This document shows positions 53,430-60,459 of a stretch of DNA of 64,000 nucleotides, in pieces. Where the stretch lies: contig MGTS01000042.1 in the NCBI GenBank assembly GCA_001799565.1, positions 157,793 through 221,792 on the forward strand, given 5' to 3'. Both the position numbers and the translations under genes were made by a program. How positions within the stretch are numbered: position 1 is the stretch's first letter; each line of letters starts with the position of its first letter. Source of the DNA: Elusimicrobia bacterium GWA2_51_34. Its GTDB lineage: Bacteria; Elusimicrobiota; Elusimicrobia; Elusimicrobiales; UBA9959. The notes beneath the pieces were generated by a model. That model was not told where the DNA came from. It saw nothing but the letters and a program-made list of their open reading frames with translations, and searched no databases.

Positions 53430-53596
53430 TAGGCTGTAGGCTATTAGACTATTAGGTAAGGCCGTCTGATGGCCATAGGCCTTGGCCGCTTTTTTGCGCA
53501 TAGCGCTCGTTGCGGCACGCCCAAAGGTCAGATACGACACTGGCATAGCCTTGAATCAGATTTGACTGACAACCTAATAGCCTTCAGCCCTCAGCC
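53430..53596. repeat. Hairpin, GGCTGTAGG/CTAATAGCC dialect with an expanded (~110 nt) loop
   Basis: Left arm aggctgtaggctattagactattaggtaagg and right arm gaatcagatttgactgacaacctaatagccttcagccctcagcc. Arms match 30733.. but the loop is much longer. Confidence 0.7.
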
Positions 53597-53608
53597 TAAA
53601 CACCTTAA

Positions 53609-54490
53609 ATGCCCCACCCTAAATATTTTGACGCGCATAACCACATTCAAAACTATTCGGGCCCGTGTGAAGCCGGCGCAGGGCGCGCGGGACTGATACT
53701 CTTAAACGGCACAGCGCCGGATGACTGGCAAAAGGTCCTGGACCTGGCCGCCGCCGACGAGCGGATTTGGCCCTGTTTCGGCCTGCACCCCTGGTTCATA
53801 AATAAAGCCGGACCGCGCTGGCTTGAAGAACTGGAACTGTTTCTTAAGCGCGCGCCCTCCTGCGTGGGCGAGATAGGCCTGGACGGCGCGAAAAATACCG
53901 GCGCCAAGCGGCAGGAGGAAGTTTTCACGTCCCAGCTTAAACTGGCCGCCCGGCTCAGGCGGCCCGTCTGCCTGCATTGCGTAAAAGCCTGGGGAAAGAT
54001 GTTGAAAATAATTAAAGAAGAACTGCCGGGAACTTTCATGCTGCACTCTTACGGCGGCCCGGCCGAAATGATAAAAGAATTTTCCGCGCTGGGCGCTTAT
54101 TTTTCGTTCGGCTCCGCGATAATGGATCCGAAAAGGGGGAAATTACGCGAAGCGCTTTTAACCGTTCCTCCGGATCGCCTGCTTTTTGAAACCGAGCCGT
54201 CCTACTTCGCCAAGGCTTCGAAGGGACGTGGTCCTGCGAAGCTATTGTCGAGCGAAGCAAACCCGTCCTCCTTCGCCAAGGCTTCGGAGGGACGTAGTCC
54301 TGCGAAGCTGTTGTCAAGCGAAGCAGACCCGTCCTCCTTCGCCAAGGCTTCGGAGGGACATGGTCTGCCGGTATTGATTTCCGCAGCGGCGGACGTTATG
54401 GGCAGACCCGCCCAGGAACTTGCGGAACTTTCCTGGGTCAATGGAATTAAATTTTTAGGAGATATAGTAGATGTAAATAGTAAAGAGTAA
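53609..54490 (+). CDS. TatD-family metal-dependent hydrolase carrying an in-frame tandem repeat insertion
   Basis: 293 aa with an N-terminal FDAHNH metal motif and a TatD-like core. Residues around 197-254 are encoded by the 66-nt repeat. Confidence 0.8.
   Translation: MPHPKYFDAHNHIQNYSGPCEAGAGRAGLILLNGTAPDDWQKVLDLAAADERIWPCFGLHPWFINKAGPRWLEELELFLKRAPSCVGEIGLDGAKNTGAKRQEEVFTSQLKLAARLRRPVCLHCVKAWGKMLKIIKEELPGTFMLHSYGGPAEMIKEFSALGAYFSFGSAIMDPKRGKLREALLTVPPDRLLFETEPSYFAKASKGRGPAKLLSSEANPSSFAKASEGRSPAKLLSSEADPSSFAKASEGHGLPVLISAAADVMGRPAQELAELSWVNGIKFLGDIVDVNSKE
54197..54369 (+). repeat. 66-nt palindromic element, 2.6 tandem copies, in-frame in tatD
   Basis: Units start at 54197, 54263 and 54329. 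Units 1 and 2 differ at 6 of 66 positions. They encode PSYFAKASKGRGPAKLLSSEAN / PSSFAKASEGRSPAKLLSSEAD / PSSFAKASEGHG. Confidence 0.9.
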
Positions 54491-54576
54491 AGCGTAAATA
54501 GTCACTTCTACTCACCATTCACTCTTTACTTTTTACCCTTCACTCTTTACACTTTACGCTTTACTCTTTACTTTCT
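54467..54576. repeat. Heptamer-arm hairpin, GTAAAGM/CTTTAC dialect
   Basis: Left arm gtagatgtaaatagtaaagagtaaagcgtaaatagtcac and right arm cactctttactttttacccttcactctttacactttacgctttactctttac. The left arm encodes the TatD C-terminus. Confidence 0.8.
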
Positions 54577-54580
54577 TATT

Positions 54581-55333
54581 ATGACCGAAGACCGACTCGC
54601 GCGCATAAGACTGCTGGTGGGCTCCGGCGGCGTTGAACGCCTGAAGAATTCCTTTGTTGTTGTGGCCGGGCTTGGCGCGGTAGGCAGTTACGCCGTGGAA
54701 GGCCTGGCAAGGGCCGGCGTGGGCCGCCTTCGGCTTGTGGATTTTGACATTATAAAGGAAAGCAACATCAACCGCCAGCTTTACGCTTTGGGCTCTACCA
54801 TCGGAAAACACAAAGCCGACGTAGCCGCCGGCCGGGTGCTGGACATCAACCCTGCCTGCCGCGTGGAACCGCTTAAAATTTTCGCGGCGGACGAAACTTT
54901 TGACACAATACTTGAAGGCGACCCCGACATAGTAATAGACGCCATTGACGCCATGGGCCCGAAGACCGCCTTCATAGCGGAAACGCAAAAGAGGGGGATA
55001 AAACTTATCTCTTCCATGGGCGCGGCCCTGCGCACCGACCCTTCCGCCATACGAGTGGGCCCCTTCGCGCAAGCGCACGGCTGCCCGCTGGCCGCCAGGC
55101 TTAAGTACTGGCTCAGGAAGAAGAACTCGCCCCCGCAGTTCACCTGCGTTTACTCCGTAGAACCGCTGGGCCGTCTTCGCCTTGCGGCACGCCAGGCTGC
55201 GGCTCCTGAAAAAGATTATTACGACCGCGGCCGCCGGCGGGCCGCTTTAGGCAGCCTTCCCACTATTACGGGAATTTTCGGCCTCACTATAGCCAATACC
55301 GCGATACAAACATTGATAGCGAGTAGGGGTTAG
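54581..55333 (+). CDS. tcdA: tRNA threonylcarbamoyladenosine dehydratase (ThiF/E1-like)
   Basis: 250 aa with a Rossmann GLGAVGS motif. TcdA/CsdL-like length and pattern. Confidence 0.8.
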   Translation: MTEDRLARIRLLVGSGGVERLKNSFVVVAGLGAVGSYAVEGLARAGVGRLRLVDFDIIKESNINRQLYALGSTIGKHKADVAAGRVLDINPACRVEPLKIFAADETFDTILEGDPDIVIDAIDAMGPKTAFIAETQKRGIKLISSMGAALRTDPSAIRVGPFAQAHGCPLAARLKYWLRKKNSPPQFTCVYSVEPLGRLRLAARQAAAPEKDYYDRGRRRAALGSLPTITGIFGLTIANTAIQTLIASRG

Positions 55334-55474
55334 CGAATAGCGAATAGCGACGGAGTTTCTTAAATAAAGTTCCCGTTCCTCCCCAGTCGCGGACAACGCC
55401 AGAGGCCCGCGACAGGCCAGAGTCACTATTCGCTAACCCCTATTCGCTATTCGCTTTCCTACTATTCGCTACGC
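55321..55474. repeat. Heptamer-arm hairpin, GCGAATA dialect, with a partial copy of the 95-nt element in its loop
   Basis: Left arm aggggttagcgaatagcgaatagcga, loop contains cagtcgcggacaacgccagaggcccgcgacaggccagagtcact, right arm attcgctaacccctattcgctattcgc. Confidence 0.8.
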
Positions 55475-55530
55475 ACTACCTCAAATTCCACAAAAAATCC
55501 TTATTTTTCAATGCTTTTTTGTACAGGGTA

Positions 55531-55559
55531 TTGACAAGTACGGAGGCATTCACTATACT
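55531..55559 (+). promoter_or_regulatory. Consensus-like sigma70-type promoter of the dcw cluster (Pmra)
   Basis: TTGACA - 17 nt - TATACT, 60 nt upstream of the mraZ ATG. Confidence 0.65.
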
Positions 55560-55568
55560 CTAGGTCCG

Positions 55569-55603
55569 GTGGTTTAAAGTGGTGGATAGTATATTAAGAG
55601 TGG
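55569..55603 (+). promoter_or_regulatory. Candidate MraZ operator: GTGG boxes at about 10-nt phasing
   Basis: GTGG at 55569, 55579 and 55600 (also 55582), just downstream of the -10. Confidence 0.4.
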
Positions 55604-55619
55604 AGCAAAAAGGTTAAAC

Positions 55620-56069
55620 ATGGGCGCTCTATACGGTGAATATTCATATATCATGGACGGCAAGAGCCGTATATTCATTCCCGCCCGGTTCCGTCAAGAG
55701 CTGCAGAAAGAAGACAAAACGCATTTCATGATCACCATCGGCTTCGACCGCTCGCTCTCGCTGTTCCTGCCGTCTAAGTGGGAAGAACTCATTTCAAACA
55801 ACATGCAGATTTTCAATTACGAGAATAAGGAAGAGGAAAGAGCCTTTAAAAGGTATTTCTTCGGCAACGCCGCGGACGCGTCTTTGGATGAACAGGGCAG
55901 GATACTGCTGCCCCACAACCTTAAAGCCTTCGCGAATTTAAAAAAGGACGTGCTAATACGGGGCGTCGGGAACAAGGCGGAAATATGGGATGTGCAAGCC
56001 TGGACAGAATACAAAAAAACAAAAGTAGACCCCTCGCTGGACAAATTCAGCAAGATCTTCGACCTATGA
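55620..56069 (+). CDS. mraZ: Transcriptional regulator MraZ
   Basis: 149 aa with duplicated SpoVT/AbrB-like halves (GKSRIFIPARFR ... QGRILLPHNL). Confidence 0.9.
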   Translation: MGALYGEYSYIMDGKSRIFIPARFRQELQKEDKTHFMITIGFDRSLSLFLPSKWEELISNNMQIFNYENKEEERAFKRYFFGNAADASLDEQGRILLPHNLKAFANLKKDVLIRGVGNKAEIWDVQAWTEYKKTKVDPSLDKFSKIFDL

Positions 56070-56953
56070 CGGAGAATTACACGCACCTTCCGGTAATGCC
56101 GGAGGAAGTCGCGCGCTTGCTGGTAACAGATAAGGAAGGGGTTTATGTTGACGCCACACTCGGCATGGCCGGGCATACCCTTAAGCTGCTGTCCGTACTG
56201 GGGCCGAATGCGCGGGTTATAGGCGTTGACTGGGACCCCGAGATGGCGGCCATAGCGGCCAAAAATACGGCGGGTTTAGGCGACAGGGTAAAGATCATAC
56301 AGGGCAATTTTGCCAACATTGACGAGATGATGAACCGCGAAAACATTAAAAACATTTCCGGCGTCCTTTTTGACCTGGGCGTTTCTTCTCTGCATTTCGA
56401 CAAAGCCCTGCGCGGTTTCAGCTTAAGGAATGACGGCCCGCTGGACATGCGCATAAACCAGACAAATCCCCTGACCGCCTACGCGATATTACGGTATTGG
56501 CCTTACGAGCAGATAGAACACCTTATCCGCGTTTGCGGCGAGCGCAACGCGGGCAAAATAGCCAGGGCCATAATCACAAAAAGGGAAACCAAACCCCTTG
56601 AAACCACGGGGGAACTCAGGGACCTTGTAGAGCGCGTGCTGCCCTACAGGGGGGAAAAGACCCACCCCGCCACTAAAACTTTTTTATCCCTCCGGGTGGC
56701 CGTCAATTACGAATTTGACAACCTCACGCGCGGCATACAGAAAATAATACCTTTCCTGTCAAAGGGCGGCAGGATAGGGATAATAACTTTCCACTCGCTC
56801 GAGGACCGCATCGTTAAAGAGACCTTCAAATTTATGACCAAGATGGGCGACTGGCACGCTGTCACAAAAAAACCGGTAACCCCGTCGCAGGAAGAAGAGG
56901 CGGCCAACAACCGGGCCAGAAGCGCCAAACTTAGAGTGATAGAGAAGATATAA
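56066..56953 (+). CDS. rsmH: 16S rRNA (cytosine1402-N4)-methyltransferase RsmH
   Basis: The ATG at 56066 forms an ATGA overlap with the mraZ stop. N-terminus HLPVMPEEV and motif DATLGMAGH. Confidence 0.9.
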   Translation: MTENYTHLPVMPEEVARLLVTDKEGVYVDATLGMAGHTLKLLSVLGPNARVIGVDWDPEMAAIAAKNTAGLGDRVKIIQGNFANIDEMMNRENIKNISGVLFDLGVSSLHFDKALRGFSLRNDGPLDMRINQTNPLTAYAILRYWPYEQIEHLIRVCGERNAGKIARAIITKRETKPLETTGELRDLVERVLPYRGEKTHPATKTFLSLRVAVNYEFDNLTRGIQKIIPFLSKGGRIGIITFHSLEDRIVKETFKFMTKMGDWHAVTKKPVTPSQEEEAANNRARSAKLRVIEKI

Positions 56954-56959
56954 GGAGGC

Positions 56960-57133
56960 ATGATGAACCCTGAGAACATCCTTAAAGCCGGTGCGAAATT
57001 ACAAAGGCTCTTCACGAGCCGCGCGTCAAGAGCCAAACTCAACGGGCTTAAAGCTTCCCTGTGTCCCACTAAGATCTTCTACCTCTGGGAAAAACACGGC
57101 GTCAAACGAATAGAACTCTTCAGCATGGAATAA
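56960..57133 (+). CDS. Hypothetical 57-aa basic protein between rsmH and ftsL
   Basis: Hand-translated: MMNPENILKAGAKLQRLFTSRASRAKLNGLKASLCPTKIFYLWEKHGVKRIELFSME. AAGGAGG lies 1 nt upstream of the first ATG and 4 nt upstream of the second. Below the track length cut-off. Confidence 0.45.
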   Translation: MMNPENILKAGAKLQRLFTSRASRAKLNGLKASLCPTKIFYLWEKHGVKRIELFSME

Positions 57134-57137
57134 AGGG

Positions 57138-57232
57138 AAAGGCTGTAGGCTGAAGGAAGACTAGGCTGAAGGTAAAGCAGACTAAAAAGTTACACCTAAT
57201 AGCCTTTCTTCCTAACAGCCTTCAGCCTTAAT
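57138..57232. repeat. Hairpin, GGCTGAAGG/CCTTCAGCC dialect
   Basis: Left arm aaggctgtaggctgaaggaagactaggctgaaggtaaagc and right arm cctaatagcctttcttcctaacagccttcagcc. Confidence 0.75.
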
Positions 57233-57239
57233 ACTTACT

Positions 57240-57608
57240 ATGATGAGACGGACGCGAAAACTGAAATTCACGGCGCTAGCAGCGACAAGCGCCGTATTTT
57301 TCCTCTTCGCCTGGGAAAATATCCAGGCCGTAAAGCTTGGTTACCGCATAGAACAGCTCCGCAAGGACAATACAGACCTTGAAAACGCCAACACCTACCT
57401 GAAAAAAGAAATTCAAATTTCTCTGTCTCCCGAAAAACTGGAAGCTGAAGCCTTAAAACTGGGCATGGTATATCCCGAACCCTCTTCTATTGTCCAGCTT
57501 GATTCAAAACCAGAAGACAAAACGCGCGCCTTCGGCTGGCTGGCAAGGCTGCTCCGGCGTCTGGGGGGAAGCGCACAGGAGCACGTGAGCACAAGCAAAA
57601 CAGTCTGA
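57240..57608 (+). CDS. ftsL: Cell division protein FtsL-like
   Basis: 122 aa. Short cytoplasmic tail, one TM segment and a coiled-coil-like periplasmic part (LRKDNTDLENANTYLKKEI). Canonical dcw position. Confidence 0.7.
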   Translation: MMRRTRKLKFTALAATSAVFFLFAWENIQAVKLGYRIEQLRKDNTDLENANTYLKKEIQISLSPEKLEAEALKLGMVYPEPSSIVQLDSKPEDKTRAFGWLARLLRRLGGSAQEHVSTSKTV

Positions 57609-57655
57609 GAGTCTTAGAGCCGGGAATCTGCGCGTAGTGGAATCAGATTTCTGCC

Positions 57656-57722
57656 CTCTGACCCCTGACTTGTGACCTGCCCGCCAATACAACATGGCGG
57701 GTCCGCCTTCGGCGTAAAACTT
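57656..57722 (-). repeat. GC hairpin core embedded in GTCACAR tracts, copy 2 (reverse orientation)
   Basis: ctctgacccctgacttgtgacctg-cccgccaatacaacatggcgggtccgccttcggcg-taaaacttg. Ends 3 nt before the ftsI ATG. Confidence 0.75.
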
Positions 57723-57724
57723 GA

Positions 57725-59422
57725 ATGGCCGCCAGAATATTAAAAACAAGGATTAAGCTCTGTATGTTTCTGGCCGTGCTGCCCGCTTTGCCGATTTCCA
57801 TCCGTTTATTCTACCTGCAGACCGTAAAACACGAAAACCTTACGGCGGCCGCTTCCAATGAATTCAACCGCACAGTCTCGGAAACGGGGCCGCGGGGCAG
57901 GATCTTTGATTCCTCCGGCGCGCTGCTTGCCGAATCCATAACCGCCTGGGATTGTTCCCTCTCAAAGAAAGATTTTAAAAACCCCGCCAGCTCGCTTGAC
58001 GCCCTGGCGGCCGCGCTGGCCATTCCACCCTCCCGGCTGCGCGAGAAATACCGCAAGGCTAAAAATTTCGTGGTTGTAAAACGAAGACTTGATAAAGCGT
58101 CCCACGAGAGAGTAAAAGCGCTGGCCTTAAAAGGCGTACGCCTTGACGTGGCCCAGACACGCTACTATCCGTCGGGGGAACTCGCCCGGAATGTGCTGGG
58201 GGTTGTAGGCGGGAACACCGGCCTTACCGGCATTGAGCTTCTCTACGACAAGGTTTTAAGCGGCCTTGTAAGCCGCCGGGGAGTGATACGGGACGCTTCC
58301 GGCAGGGTAATTTACGAAAACAAGGAGGGGGGGGAGGAACACCCGCGCGATATTTACCTTACGCTTGATAAAAACATACAGTTTTTTACCCAGGAAGCGG
58401 TAAAAAAAGAGGTGCAGAGGAACCGCGCCGCTTTTGGCATGGGACTGGTACAGGACCCGAACACCGGCAAGATACTTGCCATGGCCACCTACCCCGATGA
58501 TCCGGTAAAACTGCCGCCTGTTGAGTGGGTATACGAACCCGGTTCCACCTTCAAGAGCATAATGATTGCCGCGGCGCTTGAAAAGAACATAGTTTCGGAG
58601 CGTGACACCTTTTTCTGTGAAAACGGCGCCTGGAAATTCAACAACAGGGTCACCCTCCACGACCACGAACCCGAAGGCGTGCTGACGCTTTCAGGTGTAA
58701 TAGAACGCTCCTCAAATATCGGCTCCGCTAAAATAGGTCTTAAACTGGGGCTTGAAAATTATTACCTTTACACCAAAGCCTTCGGCTTCGGCACCAAGCC
58801 GGGCCTTGGTTTTTACGGCGAATCGGCCGGCATTCTGCGGGCGCAGAAGAACTACCGCCAGGTAGATCTGGCCGTGGGCGCTTACGGGCACGGGCTTGCC
58901 GCCACGCCGCTGCAGGTTATAAGCGCGTATTCCGCGCTCGCGAACGGCGGCCGCCTGCTTGAAGCCCGCCTGGTTGACAGGATAACCGATTTTTACGGCA
59001 GGGAAATTGCGCACGAAGAACCGGCAGCCATAAGGCGCGCGGTTTCCGAAGAAACGGCGCGCCGGGTTAAAACGATACTGCTTGCCGTGGTGGATAAAGG
59101 CACCGGAGTAAACGCCGCCGTTACCGGCTACCGCGTGGCGGGAAAAACCGGCACCTCAAAAAAAATAGACCCAAAAACCGGCAAGTACCTGACAGGAAGC
59201 AATGTCGCCTCTTTCTGCGGCTTCTTTCCGCTGGACAAACCGCTTTACACCGTGCTTGTGGTAATGGACAACCCGAAAATCTCGCAATACGGCGGCGAAA
59301 GCGCCGCGCCGGCTTTCCAGGTGATTGCAAAAAAGATAATTACCATGAAAGGCATAAAGCCGGACGCGCCGGAACAGTTTAAAAAAACCTTAAAAGATTC
59401 GCCCCGCCATGTTTCGGATTAA
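57725..59422 (+). CDS. ftsI: Penicillin-binding protein (FtsI/PBP2-type transpeptidase)
   Basis: 565 aa with an N-terminal TM segment, a PBP dimerisation region, and STFK, SSN and KTGT motifs. Confidence 0.9.
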   Translation: MAARILKTRIKLCMFLAVLPALPISIRLFYLQTVKHENLTAAASNEFNRTVSETGPRGRIFDSSGALLAESITAWDCSLSKKDFKNPASSLDALAAALAIPPSRLREKYRKAKNFVVVKRRLDKASHERVKALALKGVRLDVAQTRYYPSGELARNVLGVVGGNTGLTGIELLYDKVLSGLVSRRGVIRDASGRVIYENKEGGEEHPRDIYLTLDKNIQFFTQEAVKKEVQRNRAAFGMGLVQDPNTGKILAMATYPDDPVKLPPVEWVYEPGSTFKSIMIAAALEKNIVSERDTFFCENGAWKFNNRVTLHDHEPEGVLTLSGVIERSSNIGSAKIGLKLGLENYYLYTKAFGFGTKPGLGFYGESAGILRAQKNYRQVDLAVGAYGHGLAATPLQVISAYSALANGGRLLEARLVDRITDFYGREIAHEEPAAIRRAVSEETARRVKTILLAVVDKGTGVNAAVTGYRVAGKTGTSKKIDPKTGKYLTGSNVASFCGFFPLDKPLYTVLVVMDNPKISQYGGESAAPAFQVIAKKIITMKGIKPDAPEQFKKTLKDSPRHVSD

Positions 59423-59452
59423 ACCCTGATAAAAAATTGTAGAATAGTTTTC

Positions 59453-60307
59453 ATGGGGAAAATTAAAATACTGTGTATGGTAATCCTGGCAGCTGGCGCC
59501 GTATTCGCTGCCATGGAAGGGTACCGCTACATCACCGCGAGCATCTCAAAAAGCGCCGTGCAAAAATCAAAACGACGCATAGCCGTGATCGGGTTTTCTT
59601 CGGAAACCGGCCGCAAGAACCGTTCAAGCGCCATAGTAACTGAGCGCCTGACCGTTGAAATGGCCTCCAACCCTAAAATTGAAGTTATTGAGCGGGCGAA
59701 ACTGGATCAGGTTCTGGAAGAGCAGAACCTTCACGCCAAAGGCGTGATGGACCAGCAAACCACGAAAAAAATAGGCCATATACTTGGAGTTGACGCCGTG
59801 GTTATGGGCACGGTTATAAATGTAAACAGCGATGAGGTGGAAATCAACGCCCGCCTGGTTGACACCCAGAACGCCCAGGTACTGAAAGCCGTAACCAAAA
59901 CTGTAAGAAAAGACTGGGACGAAGGAAATTCTTCCTGGGATTCAATGGCGATGAACATGGATGTGGATCCTGAAAACATACCATCACTCCTGCCTGATAC
60001 TTTTAAAGAATTGGACTGGGATTCCAACTGCCGCGGATACTCGCTGGAAGAGGTTAAATTTATTGAACTGGCGGTGGACTTCAAGGCCAAAAAGACCGCC
60101 CTGGAAGTAAAAAAAGGAACGCTGGATCCCCAACAAATAACCAGAAACCCGGGGAGCGAAATAAAAAATGACGCCCTGCGAAAAATATTTTATAACAGAC
60201 TGACACAGTGGCATAAAAACCCGGAACTAAAAAACTTGACCCCGAAAGAAGAAGCGCTTGTGGCGAAGGTAGAGCCGCTGCTAGACACCTACCCCTGCCG
60301 TCAATAA
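59453..60307 (+). CDS. Periplasmic FlgO/CsgG-N/LpoB-like domain protein
   Basis: 284 aa. N-terminal hydrophobic anchor followed by IAVIGFSSETG...VIERAKLDQVLEEQNL...LGVDAVVMGTV...ARLVDTQNAQVL, a pattern I associate with the FlgO/LpoB-type fold. Tentative. Confidence 0.5.
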   Translation: MGKIKILCMVILAAGAVFAAMEGYRYITASISKSAVQKSKRRIAVIGFSSETGRKNRSSAIVTERLTVEMASNPKIEVIERAKLDQVLEEQNLHAKGVMDQQTTKKIGHILGVDAVVMGTVINVNSDEVEINARLVDTQNAQVLKAVTKTVRKDWDEGNSSWDSMAMNMDVDPENIPSLLPDTFKELDWDSNCRGYSLEEVKFIELAVDFKAKKTALEVKKGTLDPQQITRNPGSEIKNDALRKIFYNRLTQWHKNPELKNLTPKEEALVAKVEPLLDTYPCRQ

Positions 60308-60314
60308 GGACCGG

Positions 60315-60437
60315 CTCAGGTTGTCGGGTTCCCGGTTCAGCGGTTCACGGTTAAAGATTAAATAATTTAATATTTTTATTTTCACAATCTTCTTATTCCT
60401 TGATTTTCAACCGTTGAACCATTGAACCGTGAACCAA
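60315..60437. repeat. Hairpin, GGTTCAC dialect with an AT-rich loop
   Basis: Left arm ctcaggttgtcgggttcccggttcagcggttcacggtt and right arm caaccgttgaaccattgaaccgtgaacc. Confidence 0.75.
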
Positions 60438-60459
60438 AGCAGTTATACATGTCCACAAA

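Noticed and set aside
54036-54441. Alternative-frame and antisense ORFs across the tatD tandem repeat (54186-54377, 54202-54441, 54036-54317), and 60393-60659 across the murE copy
   Set aside because: They arise because the 66-nt element is stop-free in several frames. The host frames (tatD, murE) have flanking homology features.
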